In this document: piece after piece, positions 17,208 through 26,798 of the stretch
How the letters are laid out: each line of letters starts with the position of its first letter
Position numbering within the stretch: position 1 is the stretch's first letter
The notes under the pieces: generated by a model
The model's database searches: none
What the model saw: only the letters and a program-made list of their open reading frames with translations
Told to the model about the DNA's origin: nothing
Translations under genes and position numbers: made by a program
From: a virus
Taxonomy: Duplodnaviria > Heunggongvirae > Uroviricota > Caudoviricetes
IMG/VR virus record: IMGVR_UViG_3300009941_000125
Span: 31,540 to 95,539 of that record
DNA: 64,000 nucleotides
Direction: 5' to 3' (one strand)

Positions 17208-17942
17208 TCACTCCTCATATTTTAATTCTTTTAGTAAATCTATAAACTTTGGTTCTGTTAAACACTCCGCTAAATATTCTTTATTAAAATCATCTAGCTT
17301 CTTTTTGTCTTTCCATTTATATACTGAATTAGCATGTAATGGTTGAACTACTCCATTATATGATAAATCTTTTCTATGGGTTGCATATCTAAACCAATTC
17401 TTTAATTCATCAACAAAATCTTCTTCAATGTGCTCACAAATTTTCTTAACAGTAGACTCATAATTTAAAATTAAATCTTCATATTTAATAGTTAACATTG
17501 TAGGATGGTCTTTATACTCTAATCCATTCCTTACATGTCCTACCCATCTACCCCATTTAGTATAAGGTCTATGATAGGGAACTCTTGGATGAATTGATGT
17601 AACTACATCTCTACCGTCTCTGATAATATGAATTAACTTTAAATTATTCTCGAACTGCTCAAGTATTTCAGGAATATAAGCCACATTGTTTGGAGTCTTT
17701 TCAAGCCAACGTACAGCATTAGGTTTCTTTTTAATCTCTGCCTTACGCTCATTAAGTCTATCCTCATAGTCTTTCTTCATTGTTGTAAAGTTCTGATTCT
17801 TAGCGCAATAGTAAGGAACCCAAACCTCTTTCGGTATAGCAAATATCTTTGGATGAGCAGATAAAATAGAAGATAAAAGAGTAGTCCCTGATCGTTGACA
17901 CCCCATTAATATAATAGGACATTTTTTCCACTCTTTTACCAT
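17208..17942 (-). CDS. PAPS-dependent sulfotransferase.
   Basis: 244 aa with the 5'-PSB motif PIILMGCQRSGTTLL and the 3'-PB motif RDGRDVVTS. Confidence 0.8.
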   Translation of the reverse strand: MVKEWKKCPIILMGCQRSGTTLLSSILSAHPKIFAIPKEVWVPYYCAKNQNFTTMKKDYEDRLNERKAEIKKKPNAVRWLEKTPNNVAYIPEILEQFENNLKLIHIIRDGRDVVTSIHPRVPYHRPYTKWGRWVGHVRNGLEYKDHPTMLTIKYEDLILNYESTVKKICEHIEEDFVDELKNWFRYATHRKDLSYNGVVQPLHANSVYKWKDKKKLDDFNKEYLAECLTEPKFIDLLKELKYEE

Positions 17943-17946
17943 CTAT

Positions 17947-18435
17947 CTATTCTTTCCCTTCCTTTTCAAATAAGTTTAACTGTTCTGCCCCTAATTCTTC
18001 TAAACTAGGTTTGTTATCTGTTAAGCTAACTATTCCAACACCTATTCTTTTTTTAGCAACAATCCAAAATAACCATGTTTGAGGATCGTATACTCCCCTT
18101 AATTGCCAACCTGTTCTTTCTGCTATAACTACCTCTTTACCTTCTTCTTCAATATCATCAATCAACTGCTGGGGAAACTTTTTATCTTGGTTTGGTAAAG
18201 GAGTTCCTTTCATAAAATTAATTTGAGTACCTTCTTCAACTCTATATGGACATGGTTTGTTTAACAATTTTGATTCAATATAACTATTTTCAATTGTTGT
18301 AAATAAATCAACAACCATAGGATCGTTTGTAAATACAGAAGATTTCATTTCATCTGGTGATATAACTACAACTAATTTATCACAAGTTATTGTTGATGCT
18401 TCGTCTTTATCTAATTTTGCTTTATATCTTTTCAT
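17947..18435 (-). CDS. hypothetical protein
   Basis: 162-aa ORF. Confidence 0.5.
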   Translation of the reverse strand: MKRYKAKLDKDEASTITCDKLVVVISPDEMKSSVFTNDPMVVDLFTTIENSYIESKLLNKPCPYRVEEGTQINFMKGTPLPNQDKKFPQQLIDDIEEEGKEVVIAERTGWQLRGVYDPQTWLFWIVAKKRIGVGIVSLTDNKPSLEELGAEQLNLFEKEGKE

Positions 18436-18550
18436 TACTTTTCTCCTCTAATCTCACCTTTTGCAACATTATACCCTGCACTACACCCTAAAAAATAAGA
18501 GCCTAGATTCATAATAAACAATAATAATAAAAATATAGCTACATCCATTT

Positions 18551-18904
18551 TCATTCTCCTAACTGTTTAAGCTCTTCGTTCTCTAAACTACGCTTTCTTC
18601 TTTTATTTATTGCTCGAGTAAATATATCGTGTAATGCCATATCTACTCCAATTTGATTATCATCTTCAATTCGATATTCTATATCTCCATCTTCAAACTC
18701 TATAACGTTTACACCATACTTTGCTAATACATCTCTTTCTGAACCGCTTACTTCAAACTCTGCTACTCCCCAATCTTCAATGTTATGTTCGGCTTTAACT
18801 CTATCATAAATTCTCTTAGCTGTAGCCGCTTCGTGTATAGGAGTATTAGGATGCTCAAATACTGCTTTTAATTTTTGTAACTTTACTTTGATCTTGTTAC
18901 TCAT
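18551..18904 (-). CDS. hypothetical protein
   Basis: 117-aa ORF. Confidence 0.45.
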   Translation of the reverse strand: MSNKIKVKLQKLKAVFEHPNTPIHEAATAKRIYDRVKAEHNIEDWGVAEFEVSGSERDVLAKYGVNVIEFEDGDIEYRIEDDNQIGVDMALHDIFTRAINKRRKRSLENEELKQLGE

Positions 18905-19122
18905 TACTTTACACCTTTAATCTTATCCCATAGAGACCGCTTCTTCTTAAAATCTGGGCAATTGTTCGCTTTATTTATATTCTTTGGATAATCTTTATAT
19001 ACTCTACATTGTCTATCCCAAAAATCTGTTACTACGAGATTATTAGGGCTTGAACAACAAGCATTATAATTACCTCTATGAAAATGATCGCACTTATTAC
19101 AATAAACTTTATCTTTCATCAT
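18904..19122 (-). CDS. Cys/His-rich small protein.
   Basis: 72 aa with CNKCDHFH...CC...C...C. Confidence 0.4.
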   Translation of the reverse strand: MMKDKVYCNKCDHFHRGNYNACCSSPNNLVVTDFWDRQCRVYKDYPKNINKANNCPDFKKKRSLWDKIKGVK

Positions 19123-19345
19123 TCCACTCCATACTTATTTCATATTCACAGCTAGGACACTTGAACCTAGGTAAACTCTCCGAATCATCAATCAATTTCA
19201 TTTTACTTTCTCCACATTTAACACACCAAGGAAGCGACTCTTTATCCATTATAAATATCTTTTTTAGGAATTTCTGTTCCACAATAAATGTAATTAGACT
19301 TGTTAAAATCCGTTCTACCCTCTTTATCTTGGTAAATTCTAGCAT
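19109..19345 (-). CDS. Zinc-ribbon small protein; the likely start is an internal Met near 19249.
   Basis: It has CVKCG...CPSCEY. The 5' third overlaps the upstream phosphoesterase gene. Confidence 0.35.
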   Translation of the reverse strand: MLEFTKIKRVERILTSLITFIVEQKFLKKIFIMDKESLPWCVKCGESKMKLIDDSESLPRFKCPSCEYEISMEWNDER

Positions 19346-20348
19346 ACCCTAATTGTTGGGGCCAAGTTGTTACTCTTCCAGAAATCTGATAATCTAATGG
19401 TTCGCATAAACAACCAGGTTCAATTAATAGTTTTCCATTTGATGATGTTCCTTTACCTTGAAAATGGGTATGAAAATTAACTACTGCATGAAAGTCTTCA
19501 TTTCTTCTAGTAAAATAGGAAGCTGTTTCATCAATCGTCCTTAATATTCCTTTCTTAAAAGTATTAGGATGTGCATAAATACAATCGCCTATTTTAACCC
19601 ACCATGATTCTGAACCACTTTGATAATGAACATTCTTAAACTTTTCTTGAGCAACGATATGGCCTTCCTGATCAAATACCGCTCCTGACGCTAATAGTTC
19701 CATTACATATTTATGAATTAAGAAATGGACCTCCGGAGCTACCTTATCTTCAAAATATCTTGATATTCTTTTCTCATGATTTCCATCAATCAATACAACA
19801 TTATCATAACGCTTAGAAACCATCTTTAAGAATTCATATGCTAATCTATATTCGTGTATTAAAGGGATTGATTTATTCTTAGGATATTTAGATACGCAAT
19901 ATGCATCAAAGAAATCTCCACCTATAAGAAGAGTGCCTGCTTTTTGATTTTCTTTGTCATCGAGAATTTCCCCAATCAAATGTCTTTTCCAAAATGGAAT
20001 GTGTAAATCCCCAATCGCTAATGTTAAATCTGTTGGCTTAATGATTCTATAATGAATTGTTTGACCATGTATTTTTCTAATATACTCTGATAAAACCTTT
20101 TCATAACAGCTCATTGTCATGTTTGATGTCGTCTTTGTTTCTGAACCTTTAATAATAATATTATTATCTATTTTAACCGAATGAGCAGCATGTTGAACTT
20201 TATTATAACCATAACGTCTATAGAGTGTACCAAATTCTTCTTTAAGCTTCTTTGTCAACTCTTCAATATAGTTATTAGGCAAATTAGCAGATAACAAATA
20301 TCTTAGAATGAATCGCTTTTCTTCGTCAGTCCACTTTACTACAGTCAT
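19242..20348 (-). CDS. Calcineurin-like metallophosphoesterase.
   Basis: 368 aa with IGDLH, GGDFFD, DGNHE and HTHF motifs in canonical order. Confidence 0.7.
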   Translation of the reverse strand: MTVVKWTDEEKRFILRYLLSANLPNNYIEELTKKLKEEFGTLYRRYGYNKVQHAAHSVKIDNNIIIKGSETKTTSNMTMSCYEKVLSEYIRKIHGQTIHYRIIKPTDLTLAIGDLHIPFWKRHLIGEILDDKENQKAGTLLIGGDFFDAYCVSKYPKNKSIPLIHEYRLAYEFLKMVSKRYDNVVLIDGNHEKRISRYFEDKVAPEVHFLIHKYVMELLASGAVFDQEGHIVAQEKFKNVHYQSGSESWWVKIGDCIYAHPNTFKKGILRTIDETASYFTRRNEDFHAVVNFHTHFQGKGTSSNGKLLIEPGCLCEPLDYQISGRVTTWPQQLGYARIYQDKEGRTDFNKSNYIYCGTEIPKKDIYNG

Positions 20349-20356
20349 ACTTCCCC

Positions 20357-20551
20357 CTATTGATTATTAATATCAGCCGCACTAGGGTCTTTAGGAAATT
20401 TCCAATCTACATATATAATTGTTTTACAGTTATAACATTGAAATCCAAATATTTGCTTTGATCTAATATTATTCAGATGTGGAAATATATCTGGAACCAT
20501 TGGATTGCCGCATTTAGGACACTTTTGATTCTTCACAATTACTTTCTCCAA
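20357..20551 (-). CDS. Zinc-ribbon small protein.
   Basis: 64 aa with CPKCG...CYNC. Confidence 0.4.
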   Translation of the reverse strand: MEKVIVKNQKCPKCGNPMVPDIFPHLNNIRSKQIFGFQCYNCKTIIYVDWKFPKDPSAADINNQ

Positions 20552-21024
20552 AATCTATCAAATTCAATGTCTTTATTTCTGTGTAAGTCTTTTTCTAAAA
20601 TTACAAAGAAGCCATCTTTCTCTTTATCAATAAAGCTATTAGCTAATTGGACGTAATCCTCTTCAACTAATATTGCATATACATTCCATTTATAGGTTTT
20701 CATAAGCTTTATGAATTTCTTTTTATCAGCAAAGTGAATATTTACTCCGCCTGGAAATAAAAAGCTTTGATTATCTGTGCTTCTAAAAAATGTAGGGATT
20801 TTCTCACTATCACTCATTCTCTTATTCAAAGCTGAATAAAAATGCTCTACTTCGTGAATATCTTTAAAGCCCATAAGCACCAAAATATCTAAAGAGTCAG
20901 CAATTGGTATTCCTTGTTGCCCCTTTAGATATTTTATATATGAATAATCTGATAGCTTTTCTATCAAATTTACTAGAAACTTATTAATTTGTTCTTCGCT
21001 ATACTTTGTTATTATTTGTTTCAT
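20539..21024 (-). CDS. hypothetical protein
   Basis: 161-aa ORF. Confidence 0.5.
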   Translation of the reverse strand: MKQIITKYSEEQINKFLVNLIEKLSDYSYIKYLKGQQGIPIADSLDILVLMGFKDIHEVEHFYSALNKRMSDSEKIPTFFRSTDNQSFLFPGGVNIHFADKKKFIKLMKTYKWNVYAILVEEDYVQLANSFIDKEKDGFFVILEKDLHRNKDIEFDRFWRK

Positions 21025-21027
21025 TTT

Positions 21028-21171
21028 TACTTTACTATTCCAACGCTTTTAATTTCAGCGTCATCTATAACAATAATTCCATTTTCTTTATATGCATTCT
21101 TTACAATATACTTTATACTTAATTTTTTACCTATAATACACTCTTTTAAACATATACTTTTAAACTTCATT
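21028..21171 (-). CDS. Small hypothetical ORF.
   Basis: 47 aa (MKFKSICLKECIIGKK...) with RBS AGGTAGGA; below the track cutoff. Confidence 0.25.
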
Positions 21172-21494
21172 TAACATCCTACCTTTACTTTATAAAAGGA
21201 AGATTAGAGAAAAAGGAATGAACCACTGTAAGAACCGTACCTCGTATCTGCTCTTCAGCCTCAACAAGGAACAACAATCCAGCCTGTCTCATTCAACTTG
21301 GCAGCCGTCCGCAATAGTTTTTTAATTCAATGTCTATAATAACATGTAAATATCTATTTTAATGGCCGCGGAACCTGTCTGTTTACCCTCAGCATTTGCC
21401 ATCAGGTAGATAGCTCATCACTATCCCAGCCAGTACCTTACGCTTGCGTAGCGCGTTATTCAGTCACAATTTATCTCTAATCTATCAAGGATCT

Positions 21495-21722
21495 CTACCA
21501 ATCTTGGTAATCTATAATTTCCCAATTTCTACTTTCTAACTCTTTCTTCGTTAACTTATACTTTTCCCAATAAGGAATAGTACCAATCATTTTAAACAAA
21601 TATAATTCTTCTTCATTATCTTTAAAGGAATAAAAAATTCTTATTCTTTTTTTATTCTTCCACCCTTTTATTCTAGCTGCTTTACCTTCTATTAGTAAGG
21701 GAACTACTTCTTTATATCTCAT
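21495..21722 (-). CDS. hypothetical protein
   Basis: 75-aa ORF. Confidence 0.4.
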   Translation of the reverse strand: MRYKEVVPLLIEGKAARIKGWKNKKRIRIFYSFKDNEEELYLFKMIGTIPYWEKYKLTKKELESRNWEIIDYQDW

Positions 21723-21897
21723 CTATATGTCTTATCCGCTTTTATCATAAAAAATGTAACAACTTTACCAATTATCTGATTAACCATCTTCTCTCTATCA
21801 TCTTCATCTTTCATATCAAGCTTCTGATATTCTTCAAGAACCTGATTCAACATCTTTGCTAAATAATCTAAATCTAAATAGGGTTCTCTTTTATTCA

Positions 21898-22197
21898 TTA
21901 TTTCCTGTTTTTAGCCTTTTTTCTATACTTTCTCATTTTAATAGGAACATTAATAGGAGCAATCTTCTTTTCTTCTTCTCTTGGATTCAACTTATCTCTT
22001 AATTCTTTATTGCCACATTCCCACATATAATTGTTAGGATTTAGCGGATTCTCATTCTTTCTTATCCCTGGTCTAATATACTTTAATATATTATGAAAAA
22101 ACATTGGGTTTTTCTTTTCTAATTCTCTCGGTCTCATTCCCTCATCTTCCATATATTGAATCTTTTCTACAACACTCATTTCTTTTTGCATATTCAC
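21898..22197 (-). CDS. Hypothetical basic protein.
   Basis: 99-aa ORF. Confidence 0.4.
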   Translation of the reverse strand: MNMQKEMSVVEKIQYMEDEGMRPRELEKKNPMFFHNILKYIRPGIRKNENPLNPNNYMWECGNKELRDKLNPREEEKKIAPINVPIKMRKYRKKAKNRK

Positions 22198-22673
22198 TCC
22201 ATAATTGCTAGACGTTTTTCTTTATACTGATTCAATCTGTCTATTATTCTTTGAGCTATTTCTGGGGATTCTTGTTCTACTACTTCTAAAAATGCTTCTC
22301 TTAACTCTTTCTGTTCTTTATGGGTTACAAGTTTCTCATATATTCCTGCATAATCTTTAAGAGTTTGTCTCAATTGATCTACAGCCATGAACCATCCCTT
22401 TGCTAATAATGGATCATCATTCCAATCTTCTACTTTCTTATCTAGTTTCTTTATAATACTCTTTAAACTCTTAAATACATCTACTCCTAACTTCTCTTCA
22501 ACATGCTCAAATACAGCTGGCTTATTCTTTCTTGCCCATGCTATATATCTTAGAACATTAAACGTATTTAGATTATATTTCCTAGCCACTAAGCTTGCGT
22601 TCCAATGGATTAGATAATCTTTGATTACTTCTTTCTCTAGGTTCTTTTCTATTACTTCAAATTGTTTTGACAT
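22194..22673 (-). CDS. Hypothetical protein; possible DNA-binding.
   Basis: 159-aa ORF with a helix-turn-helix-like N-terminal segment. Confidence 0.45.
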   Translation of the reverse strand: MSKQFEVIEKNLEKEVIKDYLIHWNASLVARKYNLNTFNVLRYIAWARKNKPAVFEHVEEKLGVDVFKSLKSIIKKLDKKVEDWNDDPLLAKGWFMAVDQLRQTLKDYAGIYEKLVTHKEQKELREAFLEVVEQESPEIAQRIIDRLNQYKEKRLAIME

Positions 22674-22682
22674 ACTTTTACT

Positions 22683-22877
22683 TTATTTTCTTTTATTACT
22701 TTCGTGAAAAACTTCATTTTTTTGTTTATTTAATAGCAAAAACTCACTTCTCATGAGCGTTTGTAAAATGCCCAATGTTAAGATTTGTTTTGTGTTTAAT
22801 ATTGCCTCAGCGGCGAGCTTAAATCTGTTATTGAGCATATACATAATTTTCTTATTTATAGTAACCAAAACTAGCAA
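22683..22877 (-). CDS. hypothetical protein
   Basis: 64-aa ORF with weak support. Confidence 0.25.
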   Translation of the reverse strand: MLVLVTINKKIMYMLNNRFKLAAEAILNTKQILTLGILQTLMRSEFLLLNKQKNEVFHESNKRK

Positions 22878-22923
22878 TCTCTCTCTATATATATATACCA
22901 GATGTTAAAGTGTGCAATTCGTT

Positions 22924-23460
22924 TTATAAACAAAAGTCCAATTCTCCCATATTATCTTTAATAAATTGTTGAATTTTATTAATTCTAATAAAAAAACTAC
23001 GATAAGGTATGTTTAATAATTCCATAGTTTCTTTTGCAGTATATGATTGTTCATACGGATATAACCCATATCTCATTCTTATTATCTGCTGATCAGTTTT
23101 ATCTAAATAATCTATTAAATCTAATATAATATCTAATTCTTTTTCTGCTTTATTAAAAGATTCATCTATATAACAGCATTCATTCTCTATGTAAGGACTC
23201 TTAAATAAAGCCTTATTTGAATTAATATCGCTAAAATAATGCATTGAACCTCCTCTATAGTTATTTTGGGGACTGTTTATTACTGGGGGAAGAATCTCGT
23301 GGTCTACATATTTCTCAATAGTCTTATCACTCGCATTTGAATAGTAACTTTTAAATTTATCCCTAATCTCTTGAGTCTTTTCTGGGTTTTCTTCTTTGAA
23401 CCTTTTAATAATCTCTCCATCATAAGATAATCTAAAATCGCCTTGTGTATTATTTTTCAT
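22924..23460 (-). CDS. Sigma-70 region-4-like transcription factor; possible phage sigma factor.
   Basis: 178 aa. C-terminal QQIIRMRYGLYPYEQSYTAKETMELLNIPYRSFFIRINKIQQFIKD matches the sigma-70 region 4 HTH pattern (..L..R.GL....T..E........T..R.I...AL..L). Confidence 0.5.
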   Translation of the reverse strand: MKNNTQGDFRLSYDGEIIKRFKEENPEKTQEIRDKFKSYYSNASDKTIEKYVDHEILPPVINSPQNNYRGGSMHYFSDINSNKALFKSPYIENECCYIDESFNKAEKELDIILDLIDYLDKTDQQIIRMRYGLYPYEQSYTAKETMELLNIPYRSFFIRINKIQQFIKDNMGELDFCL

Positions 23461-23480
23461 ATTTTACCTCTCCTTTATAT

Positions 23481-23546
23481 TAAAATAAAAAAAGGCTAAG
23501 TTCAATATAGAGCCACTATGTGCGCTCACTATACTAAACTTAGCCT
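23481..23546 (-). terminator. Rho-independent terminator.
   Basis: On the minus strand: AGGCTAAGTT...AACTTAGCCT outer stem, an inner TATAG-GAGC/GCTCTATA stem, then TTTTTTTATTTT. It lies between ORFs 23637..23858 and 22924..23460. Confidence 0.5.
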
Positions 23547-23636
23547 GAAGTTATTCCTCTCAGCTAACTTGTTTATTATATTTAATTATAATCTATTTAT
23601 TTCTAAAGTACAATGTTATTTATAAACAAAAATCTT

Positions 23637-23858
23637 TTAATTCATTTCGCCTATTGTATAAAAATCTACATGAACATTTTTTCCTATAAGATTCTCTACC
23701 GGCCAATTAACTTCTTTAGTTAATATCCCTTCCCATTCAAATACTTTCTTTTTATTGTTTACTGCATCTCTTTTTTCTACGCAAGGTCCGCATAACATTG
23801 CTTCCATATCTGCTTTCTCACCAAGTTGCCCTCCACAAGCAACACATCCTAAATTCAT
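23637..23858 (-). CDS. Cys-rich small protein.
   Basis: 73 aa with CVACGG...CGPC. Confidence 0.4.
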   Translation of the reverse strand: MNLGCVACGGQLGEKADMEAMLCGPCVEKRDAVNNKKKVFEWEGILTKEVNWPVENLIGKNVHVDFYTIGEMN

Positions 23859-23877
23859 AATACCACTCCTTATTTAT

Positions 23878-24075
23878 TTAATTGATTTCAACTACAGTGT
23901 CAAGACACATATCACATAAATAATCTTCAGTCTTAAGAAGTTTTTCTGCTTTCTTTTTTGCATCTTTTAAACTTTTGGCCTCTATTGTTACACATTTCTC
24001 TTCATCATAAGGAACGTAATAAGCATCAAATTCTTTTAATGTCTTTTTCTTTACTTTCTTAATTTTTCTTATCAT
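23878..24075 (-). CDS. hypothetical protein
   Basis: 65-aa ORF. Confidence 0.35.
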   Translation of the reverse strand: MIRKIKKVKKKTLKEFDAYYVPYDEEKCVTIEAKSLKDAKKKAEKLLKTEDYLCDMCLDTVVEIN

Positions 24076-25174
24076 CTTTTACCTCCTTTATAATCTTTAT
24101 AATTCTTTTAGCAGCTTTCCCATCTCCGTAAGGATTGTTTTTATTACTTATTTTATCATATTCTTCTTTATTAGTTAATAACAATGTTGTCATATCAACA
24201 ATCTTAAAAATATCAGTTCCTACTAATTTACATGTTCCGGCTTCTATTCCTTCTGGCCTTTCTGTAGTTTCTCTTATTACTAAAACTGGTTTACCTAAAG
24301 ATGGAGCTTCTTCCTGAACCCCTCCTGAATCAGTAATTATTAAATACGATTGATTCATCAAATTAACAAAGTCAATATAATTATATGGCTCAACAAGTTT
24401 TATATTTTTAATCTCACTTAATTCTTTTAAAAGCATATTTCTTACTTTTGGATTTTTATGCATAGGAAGAACTATTAAATCCTCTTTAAATCTACTTGCT
24501 ATTTCTTTTAAAGCAAAACAAGTTTGTTTCATTGGTTTCCCTAAGCTTTCTCTTCTATGAGTTGTTACTAAAATAATTCTTTTATTTTTAGGAAAACCTA
24601 AATCTTTTTTATATTTCTTAAGAATATAAAATAAAGCATCAATTACTGTATTACCAACTAAATATATAGTATTTGTAGTAACTTCGGAATTTAAAAGATT
24701 ATTTAATGCTTCCTTAGTAGGAACAAAATTAACATCTGCTATTTGTGTTATTAATCTTCTATTAATTTCTTCAGGAAAAGGATTATACTTATTATCTGTT
24801 CTTAATCCTGCTTCAACGTGAACTACTTTTATCTTTAAATAAAAACAAGTTAATGCTGTTATAAATGCTGTTGTTGTATCTCCTTGAACAAACACATAAT
24901 CTGGTTTTTCTTGTTCAAGAATTGGTTTTAGTCTATGTAAGCATCTCTCAGAAATATCAAATAATGTTTGATTAGACTTCATAATATCTAAATCTAAATC
25001 AACATTAATACCAAATGATTTTAATACTTGATATACCATTTCTTTATGCTGCCCAGTTGATATTACTTTAACCTCTAATTTTTTATCTTTTCTTGCTTCA
25101 AGAATAATTGGAGCCATTTTAATTGCTTCTGGCCTAGTACCAAATATAAATACTAATTTATTTTTATTATTCAC
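24059..25174 (-). CDS. wecB: UDP-N-acetylglucosamine 2-epimerase (non-hydrolysing).
   Basis: 371 aa with FGTRPEAIKMAP, PDYVFVQGDTTT, HVEAGLRT and PFPEEINRRL, in close collinearity with WecB/MnaA. Confidence 0.9.
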   Translation of the reverse strand: MNNKNKLVFIFGTRPEAIKMAPIILEARKDKKLEVKVISTGQHKEMVYQVLKSFGINVDLDLDIMKSNQTLFDISERCLHRLKPILEQEKPDYVFVQGDTTTAFITALTCFYLKIKVVHVEAGLRTDNKYNPFPEEINRRLITQIADVNFVPTKEALNNLLNSEVTTNTIYLVGNTVIDALFYILKKYKKDLGFPKNKRIILVTTHRRESLGKPMKQTCFALKEIASRFKEDLIVLPMHKNPKVRNMLLKELSEIKNIKLVEPYNYIDFVNLMNQSYLIITDSGGVQEEAPSLGKPVLVIRETTERPEGIEAGTCKLVGTDIFKIVDMTTLLLTNKEEYDKISNKNNPYGDGKAAKRIIKIIKEVKDDKKN

Positions 25175-25424
25175 TTTTGATTAATCCCTTATAAACATTC
25201 GTACCTAATCTTTTAACTTTATTTTTAACTTTAATTTTAACTTTAATTTTATTTTTAACTTTCTTTTTTTGAGCACTTTCTTGTCTATCTAGTTCCATTA
25301 AAAACTCTTCTTCATTGTCAATTAAAAAATCTAAAGTTTCTTCATACATATCACAATCTATCCATCTTGTTTTTTCTACATCCTTACAAAAATATTTTTT
25401 TGAACAGTTTCTACAATATACCAT
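25167..25424 (-). CDS. Hypothetical protein with a Lys/Val repeat tail.
   Basis: 85 aa. The C-terminal KVKNKIKVKIKVKNKVK is encoded by about 12-nt tandem repeats at 25205..25262. Confidence 0.35.
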   Translation of the reverse strand: MVYCRNCSKKYFCKDVEKTRWIDCDMYEETLDFLIDNEEEFLMELDRQESAQKKKVKNKIKVKIKVKNKVKRLGTNVYKGLIKSE

Positions 25425-25425
25425 T

Positions 25426-25614
25426 TTATTTCATTAATACTCCAATAATTAAAAAAACAATACAAACCATCATCCACAACAATAGTGGAACATAATTACT
25501 GCCAACAATATAAATAATAGGAATATTTAAAAGACACCCGCCAATACCCCCTAATCCTCCATAAATAAAAAAATATTTCATTATTTTCCTCCTTAATACT
25601 TTCCTTTTGCCCAA
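25426..25614 (-). CDS. Small membrane protein.
   Basis: 62 aa with two hydrophobic helices. Confidence 0.3.
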   Translation of the reverse strand: MGKRKVLRRKIMKYFFIYGGLGGIGGCLLNIPIIYIVGSNYVPLLLWMMVCIVFLIIGVLMK

Positions 25615-26372
25615 AAATTATTATGTAATTCTATTAAAAGCTTATTTGCTTTATCTTTATCAGGATTATCTTTTAATTTACTTCTAACATAAGATTCTTC
25701 TGCTAAAGCAAAAAGCCTCTTAGCTTCAAATTTTACTTCTTCTAACTTCCATTCACCTAATTTAATAGCTAATAATTGTTGTTTATCTGATTTTCTAAAA
25801 ACATTTAATTCCCCTGTTGTTAAAAATTCTATCCCCATTTTTAATAACCTAATTAAATGTGCTGCATTTTTACAATCATACCCAAACTTTTTAACAAGCT
25901 CCATTCTTTTTTTGCCCATGTAGCCTTCTTTATTAAATTTTTCCATTTGTCTAAGTTGCCCCCAAGCATACCCTACAAAGCTATGGTAACAACTTCTTGC
26001 AGTAAACATATCTCTATTATCGATTAAGATTTGCCCTTCTTCTCCTATATCCGTATAATCATTTTTTCTTAGCCAGAGCAAGCACAAAACATTGGGATTT
26101 CCTTTTAGCGCTAGATGAACAAACTTTTTAAGTGAGTAATATAAGACATCCCACTCGTCTTTTTGTTTTTCATAATGATCTTTTTGCTTTAACCCAATAA
26201 TATATTCAGGGGGAGGAATATAAACTCCAAATATATCTTTATCGTCAATATGGTCTTTTACATAAACTCCATGAGAAATAGATCCTCTATAACCTTCTAA
26301 AATAATATTATTTTTAAATTGAAAGTCTTTAAATAAATTATAAGGTACGCTCATCATTAATTTCCTCCTCAA
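25593..26372 (-). CDS. Pol-beta-superfamily nucleotidyltransferase; possibly an RNA-repair-associated type.
   Basis: 259 aa. GYRGSISHGVYVKDHIDDKDIFGVYI gives the GS...D.D signature of minimal nucleotidyltransferases, and a helical C-terminal domain follows. It lies 4 kb from rtcB. Confidence 0.55.
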   Translation of the reverse strand: MRRKLMMSVPYNLFKDFQFKNNIILEGYRGSISHGVYVKDHIDDKDIFGVYIPPPEYIIGLKQKDHYEKQKDEWDVLYYSLKKFVHLALKGNPNVLCLLWLRKNDYTDIGEEGQILIDNRDMFTARSCYHSFVGYAWGQLRQMEKFNKEGYMGKKRMELVKKFGYDCKNAAHLIRLLKMGIEFLTTGELNVFRKSDKQQLLAIKLGEWKLEEVKFEAKRLFALAEESYVRSKLKDNPDKDKANKLLIELHNNFWAKGKY

Positions 26373-26528
26373 TAAAATCTAACTCACCTTTAAACCTATA
26401 ACCCATTTGATATAATAAACCTTCAAATACTTCTAACATCTCACTTAATAATATATCTAACTTATCTGTTTCGTATACGTATTTATTGTTTTCTTGTTCT
26501 ATTATTATTTTCATTTAAATTTCTCCTC

Positions 26529-26798
26529 TTATTTTTCTAGTAAAATATCCTCCAGCTCTAAAACAAATTCTTCAAAATTTTCTATTCCAGGATTCCAAGA
26601 ATCTTCATAAATAATTTCTGTACTACACTTTTGACATATTATAGATAAAATAGAACATTCAGTGCCTGCTTCTGTACATGCACAATTCCACGCAACATCT
26701 CCTCGATCTATTTCTTTACCACAATTTGGGCATTTATTTTTATTAATTTTAATTAGAAGATTACTAAATCTTATATCAATATTACATTGTTCAATCAT
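26529..26798 (-). CDS. Zinc-ribbon protein.
   Basis: 89 aa with CPNCG...C.C...C...CQKC. Confidence 0.4.
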   Translation of the reverse strand: MIEQCNIDIRFSNLLIKINKNKCPNCGKEIDRGDVAWNCACTEAGTECSILSIICQKCSTEIIYEDSWNPGIENFEEFVLELEDILLEK

